Positions 1 to 12,319 of a stretch of DNA of 64,000 nucleotides are shown in pieces. The notes beneath the pieces were generated by a model, which did no database searches, was not told the DNA's origin, and worked only from the letters and a program-made list of their open reading frames with translations. Made by a program: the position numbers and the translations under genes. Location of the stretch: assembly GCF_018977255.1 (NCBI RefSeq), contig NW_024704742.1, forward strand, positions 42,036,001 through 42,100,000, given 5' to 3'. Numbering within the stretch: the stretch's first letter is position 1; each line of letters begins with the position of its first letter. This DNA comes from Callorhinchus milii. Its lineage: Eukaryota.

Positions 1-185
1 AGAATTTCAGCTTTAAATCATAAAGAAATTATGTTCTCTGACTGTTTAACCTGAAATACCCTTGAGGGGATGATTTCCAATAATTTAGCTCAAAGAACAA
101 AAGCATTTTTTAAGCACAAAATATTGTATGAATCATTTTTTCCCCACTAAGAACAGTTCAATTTTTACAACAAATTAACCAGGAG

Positions 186-530
186 TAGGTCATGCAGACC
201 AGAATGTCGCAGATTCCAATCCTAATCTGTTGTGAGTTAGCTGATCTCAGGCAGGGAAGCAGTTATAATTGGTCTCAGCACCCCCAGGTTAGACAGAGGA
301 AGATCAGGCAGGGTTACTTTGTGTAGATGCCTGAGGACAGGAATGGTATTGGGTATGACACCCCCACAATTGAATAGCCTGCCATTGCACAACGCTCATT
401 GTAGATGCTCACACGTGAATAATGTCTACTTGGGCAAAGTGTAAGAAGGTGACAAAGGTACATCACTCCATTGGAAGAAAAAGTAGTTAAATGGCTACAA
501 GGGAAGAGAAGAAGAGGGGAAGAAAATTGG
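186..530 (+). mobile_element. Old tRNA-like SINE, family B (unnamed here)
   Basis: Shares the blocks 'gagttagctgatctcag', 'tgaggacagg', 'gctcacac.tgaa.aatg.c.acttgg' and a 3' 'gagggg.agaaaattg' with the copies at 6.5, 9.9, 12.7, 32.2 and 38.4 kb. Confidence 0.7.
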
Positions 531-1618
531 AAAAAATCCAAAATCTGGCACGGAGAGAAAAATATATATTTTGTTTCGATTTTTACCATTATTTTAGCAA
601 TTAATCAAGACATTGGACAGCAAGGTTGTAGTTTGGTCATTCCAGGGCACTGTTTGGCCATACAGGGTGTGCAGCCTGTGTGGCAGGATGTGTATTCGCA
701 GCGTATTCAGTTGCCGTCTGTCCTATGCGGTAATGCGTTGCAGTGACAATGGTTCTGTTAATAAGTAAATAGTCCCGGTTCCTGCTGCTCCTCTTTCACT
801 AGCCCCGTTTCCATGGGTAGGGCTCAATTGTATTCAGGCTGAATTAATAACTGGACTGAGGACTGTGCAAACCAGATGGTTCAGAGGAGCTCAGACTATA
901 TTGAAACCCTAAAAGCAGATCTTGGTTTGTGTTTGTCGAAGGCTTGGTTTTTAACTTAGTCAATGGAGGCAGGTGGTGGTGGGGGGGAAAGAATCTTCAT
1001 GGAAAATTGGTTGCATTTCCCACCCTTGCAGAATGCTCTAAGGAAGAGGGGAAGGGGTCACTTTGCACAGCGCTCAGTGGTACACGAATGTACATTTGCA
1101 GCTTGTCAGCGAGGGAGCCAGTTGAAACAAAGCTGCTTGATTCAGATTGACTCAAACTGAATCGAATTCCGTTTTTTCCATGATAATGGGGCCCAGTTTA
1201 GCCCACTCTCAGAGCACGTCAGTACGGCATTCACTCTGTCTGCTGTTTGTTTGGCTTACTAACCTGCTGTCAGTAGCCCAAAAAACAATTAATTAAATCG
1301 ACCCCCACGAGAACCCCCCTCCCCCCATCCTCTAAAAGCCTGCCTTTCAGCTGAATTTAATTCACTTGTTTTGACAGTAAGATAAATTGTGGATATTGTT
1401 CTGCCTCAGCAAACATGAAATTCAGGACTTGAATGAGCGGAAGTTCAATCTCTATGGGATTACTTTACATGTCCCTAAATTCAGGTGCACAAGCTCATCG
1501 ATTCAGGGACTTTGCTGCTGTGAGGAAATGGAAGAATTAACGTGTATGAGAAGAGAAGGAAATTGTAATATTAAACTTGTCTTGCCTAGGGGTCATTGCT
1601 GAGCAGGCCTGGACATCT

Positions 1619-1663
1619 GTGTGTGGGTGGGGGGTGGGTGTGTGTGTTGTGTGTGTGTGTGTG
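1619..1663. repeat. Imperfect (GT)n microsatellite
   Basis: Read directly. Confidence 0.9.
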
Positions 1664-2305
1664 TTACTGAATAGGTGTTTCTTCTGAAGTGCACACTGCC
1701 TCTTCTAAGCTTGGGCAAAACGGATTCAATTTCCCGTCTTTGATTGTATTAAAAATTATAATTAAAATGAGCAATTTGAGCAAGTTAGCACAAATTGTTC
1801 AGTGTAGCGTGAAATGCTGCTGAAAATAAAGCTGTTCGCCAATAACGGTAATGCTTTGCAGTATTTTATTGCCAGTGCCAAAGGAAACTAATGCATTTGC
1901 AATGTATGTTCTTTGGGGGAAAGAAAATGTCTATCAAATCTGTTTGTACAGGTTGCACTCCACATGCCAAAAATGATTAGCATTTTGGGGCACTCTGTGT
2001 TGTCCTCCAGTGAGTTACTTAATTTCTTCAGTGAAGATGGGCCTGAAGCACAACGTTGGTTCTCCACCACCAGGCTGAAGCCTTCATGAACATGATGTGT
2101 TGAGACTAAATGGAGTCGAGCCCTTTTTGTGTATCTAAATGTTTAATGCAATGTTGTGAGGAGCCTTATTGACTCTGGGTGAGAATTCACTTCTGCATGT
2201 AGTGCAGATGGAAAACATCAGATAAATGAGGAACTTTGGGCATATGAGTTATGATTAGCCATGGCTGGTTGCCGATGGCGACCAACAACTTTCTCTCTGC
2301 AACCG

Positions 2306-2347
2306 CCCCCCCCCCCCCCCCACACACACACACAAACACACACACAC
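2306..2347. repeat. poly-C plus (CA)n microsatellite
   Basis: Read directly. Confidence 0.9.
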
Positions 2348-4176
2348 TTTGCTGTGTACTGCAGTTTCATTTTCATGGAACTGCAAGGCTGTGAGAGTCA
2401 CATGTTTACGTCAAGATATTTGCACTGTAACATTAGTATAGTCACAGCTGTGTTTGCCAGGCCTGGAAACCAGTTCAAATATTAGCACCTTTTATACTAC
2501 TGACCGGATCCCACGCCAGTTCTATCGTTACAGGTAGTGAAGCTCTTTGGTTGGAGCTGCGCCTGGTCTTCTCTCTTCACTGACATTAAAGCACTGAGTC
2601 CTGATTTCAAGTACTCTGCTGTATTCTGGGGGGATTCTGCTAGGTCAAAGCTTGTGTAACTCTGTGTGGTCAAGTTGCTGGTATCTTGAGATTCTTTGAC
2701 TCCTGGTCAATCCTGCAGTAAGCCTCAATGGAAGCATTTAGATGGTTGTGGTTTGAACATTAGGAAACATGTTTGATACTGCTTGTCTCACCATGACCTT
2801 GTTTTTTTCTTTTATATTGCCAAAGTCTGGATATTGCTAGTCTCTGCACTTCATTATCAGTAATTGGACAAATCATACCTGCAAACATTCTAATGAATTT
2901 GACAGCAGTGATCAAAGGGAGAAAGCTAGTGAATTGTTCCAGCATCCCAAATCTTTTTAAAGGAGTTGTCTGTATACGTACTTACCAATGTCACAGGCGT
3001 TCGTCACCTTTTTTGATGCTGCAGAACTAATGATTAGAGATAGACTTAATGAATGCACCTAACAGCACATATTTTGAATGTTTGATCATTTCAGTTGGTA
3101 TCTATCGTTGAACCCTCCAGCACTGTTCCTTAGCAGGCATTTATCTGGTTCTACTTGAAAGGATTCATTATCGCAGAACCAAATGGTTTTGAGAGCATCT
3201 GTTCCGTGTATCCACCACTGCGTGTCAGTTGTAGGAAGAATGAAGAGCAAGGTGTTTCTTTTGGGGATAGTTGATCATTGCTGATCTCAACCACAGAAGC
3301 TAGTGGAACGTCCTGCTGTGTATTGTTACTTCATTCTCAGAGTATGTTTATTCTGAAAACCAACTATTTGATTCTGATCAGCCTCGTCACAGCAAAAGTA
3401 TCAACTGGAGCCGCTTTTCTGTTTTACTGAATAATTGAAAGATTTAGCAGGATTATGATTTGGAAATTGTGGGGGGAGAAAAATTAAGAAGTACATGGTA
3501 CATGCATGGCTGCTGCATCGTGCTTGAGCCTCGCCTCTTGGTTGAATCAGTGTCATGTGGCTATTGTGAGGAGTGGTTGTATAAATTTTCTTCATTGGTA
3601 AGTGATTCATCAGAACCCAGTGCTGATGAGAGCTACTTCATTGACATTTACAACTAACTGAGCACTGTATTGGAGACCTGGAAACTCATTTATCAGTATG
3701 ATTATTTGTTCCAATAGTCATTTCATTAAGTTAATATTTCCAAAGCTCTGAGCCTAACTGCACACAATCTTGATTTTAAATGGAAACCAAAAGGCTCTGG
3801 AGACCGTTTTTGTTTTCGTGCCAGCGTTGTATGCAGGTGGGGTGGGGGGAGGAGGGGAACCCAATGGAAAACTCAGGCAAATGTATTTGAGCTTTGCATC
3901 TGGGTTTCAATTTATGTTCTTAAATTTAAATTATATTCTTGTGCCATTATGGGTTGCAGCTGAGCGCTTTGAGACGTTCTTTTAAACATAACTTTCTGGG
4001 ATTAAGTTACATCCCAAGTGACGTAACAGATGCAAAATGTACTGTGACCATGAAGTCACAGGTGCGAATCCTGCTTAGTGACAAGTTAGTTGATAGCCAA
4101 GGCAGCTGCTGGGCATGACAATGTGCCTCAACGCCCTTGGTTCAGGAATGATAAAGTATCCAGGGTGCCTTCACCT

Positions 4177-4625
4177 GAGACCAAAATTCCACCAAGTCTT
4201 AGCCTACACCTGAACATTTTGTCTTAAAATTTGCAGAATTCTGGAAACTTCTTAAATTCAGCCTAAATTGGAAACTTGATATTTTTAAGAACTGGAAAAC
4301 TGGCCTCCACATGAATTGAAGAATCATTCCACAATTCTGCACAATCTTAAACTTGATGAACCTCTTGTCCAGCACTCCGAGATGCTACCCGACATGAACT
4401 TGTTTTAGATTGTTTAACCAAACTCGTTTAAGCTTTAAATTGTGACGTCCTGGTTGGATCCAGGTAAATTGTAATGTGTTAATTTGGAAGCCCGTTATTT
4501 TAAAAATTGTGGAAAACTAGCTTTTATGTTAAGACTGAATTGAGGAATTTGTGCACATTTCTGCACATCTTAGCCCGGAGGACCATTTTGTCTTCAAGTT
4601 TAAGGCCAGGTAAAATTTCTGGCCC
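4177..4625. mobile_element. Degenerate palindromic MITE-like DNA element
   Basis: The left half aligns to the reverse complement of the right half (e.g. ttaaaatttgcagaattctggaaacttcttaaattcagcc vs ctaagatgtgcagaaatgtgcacaaattcctcaattcagtc); right terminus read inward is GGGCCAGAAATT. Confidence 0.55.
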
Positions 4626-4685
4626 TGATTACTCTCTCGAGTTGTTCGCTGGTTGCTGGATGTCGAGCGAGGATATGATCTGACT

Positions 4686-4920
4686 TTGTATTGATCAAAG
4701 ATACTGTTACAGCCTTTGAAAGGGATGATGTGCTACAGGGTTCAAAGACCCAAATTATCTGGTTAGAGTTCAGGAGCAGAAGAGGAGCTGTTACGCTACT
4801 GGGTGTTTACTGTAGACTACCAAATAGGGAAAGAGATAGAGGAGCAAATCTGCAAGCAGATTTCAGAAAAATGTAAAAACAATGGAATAGTGATAATGGG
4901 GGGCTTCAATTATCCTAATT
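4686..4920 (+). pseudogene. CR1 LINE ORF2 fragment (APE endonuclease domain)
   Basis: LIKDTVTAFERDDVLQGSKTQIIWLEFRSRRGAVTLLGVYCRLPN, then after a frameshift IEEQICKQISEKCKNNGIVIMGGFNYPN (GDFNYP-type motif). Confidence 0.85.
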
Positions 4921-4965
4921 AGGAAAGTCTTCATTCAAGGCTTCTGACAAAGCTTGTAGAAGACT

Positions 4966-5038
4966 ATGAACCTCTTGTCCTGCACTCAGAAGCTACCCCA
5001 CATGAAGGATGCCACATAAATGCAAATTATTGTTGTTG
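4966..5038 (+). mobile_element. L2 LINE 3' tail fragment
   Basis: Ends ...cataaatgcaaattattgttgttg; matches the reverse complement of the L2 tail at 30360-30430. Confidence 0.6.
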
Positions 5039-5089
5039 GAGTGAAACATTAAGTTTAAAGGTTGCCTTAAGGTGGCATTCCACCAAGCG

Positions 5090-5600
5090 ACTGAAATCCA
5101 GGGTCAGAAGGTGATAACACCTACAAGTATCTTTAGGCCCAAACATTTTCAAAAATTGTAGGGAGTGTGGGAAGTCGAAGAGAGTTATCGACAGAGACAT
5201 CACCTGGAGTGGAATGTCTAATGATAATTATCGTCTATGATAATCCTGACACCGAATGCCATGTTTTGCAGTCTCAGGTGGCATGGATTAGGCTCTACTC
5301 TACATTGTTCTCTGAGATGATTACCACGTTGCACATTGATCCCTTTCTGTGGCACTGTGTTCATGCACCAGTGCCCAGCCCTGTGCCACATTAATATTGG
5401 GTCTATAACTACCTTGATGCTTATCGCATGCCTCTGAGTGCAATCTACTCTTGCTGTATTCACAGTGACCTGAATTCCCATTCACAGCAAACGCTACCCT
5501 GCCCGATTTTGGTACCTCTTGCAAAGCACATTGTTAACAGCCTGCTGAGTGCTCTTCTGAAGCAAATGGATTTTGACTGTTTAATTCTGCTTGTTGGATC
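5090..5600 (-). pseudogene. Possible highly degraded PIF/Harbinger transposase fragment
   Basis: Minus-strand peptides in collinear order (QQAVNNVLCKR; ARVDCTQRHAISIK; QKGINVQ) loosely match the HARBI1-type motifs GAIDCTH and RKGFHSINVQ. Confidence 0.3.
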
Positions 5601-6479
5601 ACAGTTCAGTGATTGTGGTTTGCTGCTCAGCTTTGTTGCCTCGTTCCAAGTGTTGGACGTGAATCACTAGAGACTCTTCCTCCTGGGATTCCAGTGAAAC
5701 ATTCACTTTCTATCATACACGCATTACTACAGAGCTGACCTTGCCCAGAAGGGTAGCAGGTGGAGCTAGGCAGGTGCTGTCATATGCAGGTTGGGGACCA
5801 GCAGAGTTAGCGTAGTGTAGTGGGGTGGCTGATAGAAGAGAGAACATTCAATTTCTGGGGGAAAAAACATGAGAGTTCTAAAAGGCAAATGTAGAAAGGC
5901 ACTTGCCATTATAATATGAGATGCAAACAAGGAGAAGTGCACACCACTAATTTTATATTGAACATCCCTACTCCTCCATGTCTTTGAACTACACAGAACA
6001 GAGTGAGGCAGCTCTTTCCATGTTCACCTCACACTCTTCCTTTCTCTTTGTGGTCAGTGGCAGCTGAAAGTGGAGACAATCATGTGCCTTCATTGTGGTA
6101 TTGGTTCCTTCTGCTGTATGTCTCTCTGGTTGTCCAATGTAATGGTTGTACTGAAGCTACAGTCGGTATATTTTGCCCTACATCATGTACTATCAGGAAG
6201 GTGAGGTCTAGCTGGAAGGATACGGGAACAAATTGGGCTGAGTCCAGGATTCAGCTTCAAATAAAGGTAGGCGAGTGGATAAGCCCATTTTTGGACTCCT
6301 TGTCGGGAATGACTTTGAATTTGGTGCAACCAGTTTGGAGTGGGGGAAATAAAACTAACCTAAATCAACAAAAGTTCTTGGGGAAATTTGAGTTTGGTTA
6401 TGGAAGAAAAGGTGGACATTGGAGAGTGACAGATAATTTACTTCTTAAAGACCTCATGTAGAAAGGTGGTGTTTCTACA

Positions 6480-6750
6480 AATGACCTTGTTATCCTAGGA
6501 AGGAGAAAAAGTTAACCAGAGTCTCCAATCTTGTTTGCTATACGGGGATTGGTGGAAGAAAGTAGTTATATGGAGATCAGGTGAGGATTGCAGAAGTTTC
6601 TGATCCACTGTCCCCTCCCTATGGCTGTATTGTCCGCTCACTGTGTAGGGTCACACACAGATCAGCCAGTTGGACAAGATACCAGATAATTCCTGTACAA
6701 TTGTGCCTCCAATGAGGCAGTGCCTTTGGGAGCGAAGGGGAGGAAGAAAA
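6480..6750 (+). mobile_element. Old SINE family B, degenerate copy
   Basis: 'ggtgaggat', 'gctcactgtgtagggtcacacac', 'gccagttggacaag', 'gaaggggagg'. Confidence 0.55.
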
Positions 6751-8002
6751 GGGGACAAAGGTGAAGAAAAAAAAGTTTAGAAGTGTTCAGTTTTAATAAT
6801 CTGAGTCCGTGTCATGAGAATAACAATCGAGAGACTGACATGGCTACGTGATACATAAGAGGAAACAGACCAATGAAAGATGTCGTGCCAATAAAGCGTG
6901 TCCTGAAATGAAAATATTTCCTCGAGTCTGGCAGTTGGCAGGATTGGGGAGTGCGTAGTTTATAACAAAAGCAGAACCTGCACAGGGAACTATCCCTAAA
7001 CTCCTCTGGAATGAATTTCTGCCAGCGATGATTAAAGCGCGGGACACCAGACGTGTCACATGCCATAGTTACTGTGCTTCGTTTTCTTCGTGGCCTTTCC
7101 AGCCCTGCCTGCCACATTGAATCCAACAATGACTACACAGGCTTCACAGGTTACTGTTGCTACGGTTACTGTTGTCTCGTCAAATCAATATCATTACTCA
7201 TCCTGTGAGCTGCCATGATAGCTACCGCTGGGTTTCCAGCACTGGGGAGATTTTTTTGAGGATCGTTTAAGGCAAAAGACAACAAAGTTGCTCAACTGTT
7301 TCTGCTAGGTCAATTTTAATCTTTGGCTCTTTTTGGTCAAACCTGCAACTGAATCCTCATGAACCACCCGTCTTTGCCGAGGGTATTCAAGGCATAATTG
7401 CCATAACAGCCGGACAACAGGCATTATTTGCTTCCAGAATAATTCTTTTAATTTTCCTTTTCCTTTTGGATCAGTGCTTCTATATGCGTTTAGCCTGACA
7501 ATTCTGTTTCATGCAATATCGTGAATGCCTTCAAAGCCTCATGATCCTTTGAAGTGATGAGGCTGGCGCCCAGTAACAAACTGTAAGGAAGGGGTAAAAG
7601 GTTCAGTCTTCTGTATTCAGAACTGCTAGTGGGTCATGGAGATGGCAATAAGTTGGGAGCCTGACTTAACAATTTAAAAAGTGAACAGCAATTTGGTATC
7701 TTGAATCTTCAGAGCCGCCAGAGACATTGTGAGACATCAGACAAAGGATATGCATTGAGTAACCTATCCTTGCAGAGTAAAGGCACTCTGTTTAAGTCGG
7801 TCTCAATGTTATGTTATCAGGGTTTGCCTTTTAAACTTGCTTGCCTCATTCTCTTCTTCTCCAACAGATGTTAAGGTAGAAGAGGAAGTGAGGAGAAAGT
7901 CAGTGTTAATTTCAAAGCTGGTTTATTTTTAAGAACTGCAGAAAGCAGGCTTCCAAATTCTGAGTGAATTTGAGAATTGTCCACATTATTATAATAATCC
8001 TT

Positions 8003-8311
8003 ATAATAATAAATGATAATCCTTGCATTTGATATAGCGCCTTATCATGTCATTGAGACATCTCAAAGCGCTTCACAGAATAGATTGTAAAGTGAATTGA
8101 CTGTATATTTGTAGGCAAAACACGGCAGGCAATTGCGCACAGCAGCGTCCCACAAACCATTGTGATTGAATGAACAATTATTTATTTAGATGGATTATTA
8201 CTCCCAGAAAGTGATTCACCAATCAACTGTCTACTTGCTGCTAGGAAAACAGAGGTGTGTGGAATAAGGAAACTTGCCCCACATTTTGGCCTGCTGGGAA
8301 TCGAACCCAGA
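8003..8311 (-). mobile_element. Deu-core tRNA SINE, intermediate subfamily, 5' truncated
   Basis: (TAA)n tail, ccttgcatttgatatagcgc, Deu core caattgcgcacagca, extra internal segment, B-box remnant gggaatcgaaccc. Confidence 0.9.
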
Positions 8312-9344
8312 AGGCTAAGGCTGGGTGGAATTTTGAAGCTTATCTGGACTTGGGTATGAAGAGTGGAAACTGGGCAGGTAGCAGTGGGCTGCCAGGAACA
8401 CCATCTGTAAACCAGCATGTGTCACTGCCTCGAGAAAGGGAGAAAAATTCTGCTTGTTCTCTCAAATCTGATTAGTATGAAGCTTTTTTTTACAAATTGG
8501 TGCTTACGCACATTATTAATTTAATATCCGGGACTAGTCAGAATATTCTCTGCTAAACACTCTCACCAAGAGCCTCTTTTTAAAACCTTCATGAAGGAAT
8601 GAAATAAAGCATCCACTATGCAGGGGCTGTTTGCAGATGGAATCAGTGAGTGGCTGGAAGCCTGACACCCAAGTGTAACCTTGACAAGTGCAGTGTCTGT
8701 AGAAAGATTCAAAGGAAATGCTTTCTGAATGGTGTAAACAGCCAGAACAAGCTAGAGTGGTCTCTCCTTATTTGGTGTGAATAATAAAAGTCCTTAACCA
8801 TGTGGTGCTCTTATGTTACAATGCATGAAAACAGATGTGGCTGAATTTACACTGTTAACTTTTTTTTGAGCTACTTACGATGCCACCAGCATAAACCTTC
8901 ACCGACAAAGCACTAAAAAAAATCATTTAAAATATCAGTGCTGCTGTAACTGTCACAGGTAGGATTTGACTTGGATACCAAAGTGAAGGAGACTTGATGT
9001 GGGGATAGAGAAGAAACATTTGCCATGCTTAAGTGGACTATGCTTTCATAAATTATACACTACACGTGGTATACAATTACATGCTGGGTAAAACGTGTAT
9101 AAACATTAGGTGGACATGATAGGCGGATTCATTGCTTGGGGCTGAGCTGGTAAAGGAGGCTAATCCCTTCATGTGTGCATTGCGGGTGGCAGAGTCATCC
9201 TCTGTAAGTGAGACGTTGCATTTTGTAAACCAGTGTAGAGAAACCCAGAGAATGCTGAAACATCCACTCTAACTGTAAAACATACAGTATTTGAATAGGA
9301 GAGTGAAAATTGTGATGTGGCATTTTATAACATCTGTGCTGCAA

Positions 9345-9848
9345 ATTAACTGCCCTCCAGAACTCTGCTGCTCATGTCCTCTCCTGCACCAAGCTCTGCA
9401 AGCCCATTAGCCTCATTCCTGCTCCAGTCACTTGGCGCCCCATCCCCCAGGGTATTGAATTAAAAATTCTCGTTCTCATTTTCAAATACCTTCATTGGCT
9501 TTGCCCTACCTTACCTCTGCCTCCTCCTACACCCTTCTATCCAGCCTGCATCATGTCTCCCAAGATCCCAACAGTGAATGAAAAGCTATTCAGCCCTCAT
9601 TCTCTGGAATTCGATTCTGGAGTCTCTCCGCCTCATCCTTTCCCTCTCTTCCATCGAAACCCAAGACAAATCTCTCTGACCAAGCTTTTGGTCACCTTCC
9701 TCCCTGCCCCCCCCCCCCCCAGCTCTTTCTTACCCTCCGCTCACCCTCAGCTCTCTCTCCGCCCCACTGCTCAGGTGCTGTGTGAAGCGCTTTGAGACAT
9801 CCTCTGACATGAAAGGTGCTAAATAAATAGAAATTGTTCTTGTTGATG
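9345..9848 (+). mobile_element. L2 LINE 3' fragment
   Basis: cagaactctgctgct... (QNSAA), HW.P..I..KIL-like segment, tail gaagcgctttgagacatcc...aaattgttcttgttg. Confidence 0.75.
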
Positions 9849-9849
9849 A

Positions 9850-10190
9850 TGCCAGTCTGCACAGAGTTGGCTGATCTTAGGCAGTACAGCACTAAAGCCC
9901 TTATATAAATGGCCTTGGCATCCCTTGGCTGGAGAGAGGAATGCCAGCATTCCTGTTCCTGATCTCTATCCAATTATCCTGCTGGAAGATGCATGTGGGT
10001 GGATGGTGAGTGAGGACAGGATAAGGCTTGGGTATGTTACTCCCGTTGGTCCCTATCCCTGATGTCTGGGCTCACATTAACCTGGGCAAGGTAGTTCTGA
10101 CACTGTCTATAAACCTGTATACCCCTGAGTGAGGAGAGGAGAAATGGAGTGGGGGTCAATTGTACCCCAGAGTTAGGAGAGGGGAAATGG
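9850..10190 (+). mobile_element. Old SINE family B copy
   Basis: gagttggctgatcttagg...tcctgatctctatcca...cctgctggaa...gtgaggacaggat...gggctcaca. Confidence 0.7.
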
Positions 10191-10679
10191 CGAAAAAGAT
10201 GAAAATAAACTTTAAGAAAGCTAAATATATTTTGCGTCTTTGAGCGAAGGGATTGTAACTATAAATATAGTTGGGAAAATACTAATAAGGCTGTAGTCCC
10301 TGAGGTTTATTACAACTCAATGACTAACCACAGTGAGCTTTTGGTTAAATGTCCTATTATAAATACATGACAAACAATTCTGAAGTGTCAGTGATTGGAG
10401 AGGATGGGATCAGGATATGTGGAATGGCTACGGGAGGGTAATGGGGACTGCACTTGCTGGTGGGAGGAAAGGGGTTGGAGTGGCTGAACACGGTGGATGG
10501 GATGATGCCTGAGATGTGTTTACTGTCTCCTTCGAAGGATAGGAACTCCAAAAATGTGTCACATCCCCAGCACTTTGTTCTGTCTAGGTTCCAGACCTCT
10601 GCCTGTTCATGTGGGTTTTAAAGGCACAATTTGAAAAGAGAAGTGAGCTGTTGTGACCAACAGATAAAATGAATCAATA

Positions 10680-10842
10680 ACTTCATGGCTGTTGTGGGAC
10701 ATTGCTGAAATGATAATTAGCTGCAGCATTCGCCTGCAAATATACAGTCAGTATACTCTGCAGAAGAATGTTGTGAAGCGCTTTGAGACATGTGGACAAC
10801 ATGATAAGGTGCTATATCAAATGCAAGGATCATTATTATTAT
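10680..10842 (+). mobile_element. Deu SINE 3' half
   Basis: gtgggacattgctg...tgtgaagcgctttgagaca...ctatatcaaatgcaaggatcattattatt. Confidence 0.85.
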
Positions 10843-10884
10843 AAAATGCATGTCTGAATAACACAGTTTTGACTTCTCTGTTAT

Positions 10885-10955
10885 AGAACAGCCATATTAG
10901 CCACTTGGAAGTTCGTGTTACAAGAACAGCCATATTAGCCACTTGGAAGTTCGTG
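10885..10955. repeat. Tandem duplication, 33 bp identical, period 38
   Basis: agaacagccatattagccacttggaagttcgtg at 10885-10917 and 10923-10955. Confidence 0.95.
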
Positions 10956-11474
10956 CACAAAGAGTTACAAGACGGGTTATTCTGCTCCATGCACTTACAG
11001 TAGCAAAAATTCCCTATTCATCTACATTCTTTAAGTTTAGCAAATTGGTCATTCTGTACAATTACAGTTATTTCTAAGGAAATGCACAAGAACAAATACT
11101 TTGCACTGAGTTCATGCAGTAGAATCCCCAATATTTTTTTGACCAGGAGGTTTTAACTCCCAAGCATTAACTTACAGTTTCCATGCACTCAACACATTCA
11201 CCTCCGGAGTTTACATGGAAGACAGGGCCATGGTTACCACAACACAGGAGATCGCCTAAGAGGTTGAGTGTGATTCTTGGTTCAGATTTCTATAGGAGAC
11301 AGGGGAGGAAGAAGTTTAAGTAAAGCATCAATTTATAGCTCACTCCAGTAGTCTGTAATAAGTGTATTTGGTGAAGTGGCATGTGGCTCCAGCCTAGAGG
11401 CTAATTCATGTGCTATTGTGCAAAATGCTAGAGAAATTGTGGTTATTTAGTGTTATCTTGTTCTGTTCTTATGC

Positions 11475-11880
11475 ACATAAGAAAAGCTGGGGATGAGAAA
11501 AAAGCCACTCAGCCTATTAAAGCTCCTCCCAGCAGCACATTAACTGTCAATTATGGCATTGAACTGTAGTTTGAATAACCTCAGTACTTTTGCATCCATT
11601 GCACTGCTTGTTAGATTATTCCAAACATTTAATACCCTGTGAAATGGTTTTCCCGATGCCTCTTCTAAATGTACATTTATATCAAATAGAAGTATTTATT
11701 GTTGTAATAATGGAATAGTGATAAAGTATTTAATTATTTATCTTTTCTGTTCTGTGGTCTACTTTCTCAGCTTACTTTGAAGTAATTGCCTACCTCATCT
11801 TATCTATACAATTTGCTATTTTATGTACTATGTTTAATGAGGTTCCTTTTTCCTTAGCTGCCTTAATGTCAGACTGTGAA
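11475..11880 (-). mobile_element. Old CR1 3' fragment
   Basis: Reverse complement of a CR1 3' end (gccactcagcc..., gattattccaaacatttaataccctgtgaa). Confidence 0.55.
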
Positions 11881-11916
11881 GCTCCATGTACCAATGTTCA
11901 TTCTTTAATCACCACA

Positions 11917-11937
11917 TTGATTGATTGATTGATTAGT

Positions 11938-11973
<36 letters not shown>

Positions 11974-11980
11974 CTAGTTA
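11917..11980. repeat. Compound (TTGA)n/(TTAG)n microsatellite
   Basis: Read directly. Confidence 0.95.
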
Positions 11981-12059
11981 ACGAGGTCATTGACATATTT
12001 GTAATTCCCATTTCCTTTTTAAGACACGTCTAGAGATTAATGCACGCTATCAGTGTGAA

Positions 12060-12200
12060 ATGATAATAATCCTGCAATTGATGCAGCGCCTATCACGTCA
12101 GGAGGATGTCTCAAAGTGCTTCACAAGATTAAGTGTAAAGTGTAGTGTCTGTATTTTGTAGATGAGCACAGCAGCTAATTTGTGCATTGCAATGTCCAGA
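12060..12200 (-). mobile_element. Deu SINE 3' fragment
   Basis: taataatcctgcaattg...cacgtcaggaggatgtctcaaagtgcttcac. Confidence 0.75.
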
Positions 12201-12319
12201 TTTAAAATTAAAAAGTACAATGGGAGAATAGGGAAGAAGCGATGAAAATTGACAACACAGTGAGTGAACAGTTTAAGTTTGAATTTGAAATTGAAAATGT
12301 GGGTTGGGGTTTGTTGGCT

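Noticed and set aside
6003-6461. 152 aa ORF
   Set aside because: Non-ATG start, no recognisable domain and no convincing splice context
10400-10605. Possible Penelope-like or LINE remnant on the minus strand
   Set aside because: Similarity too vague without a search
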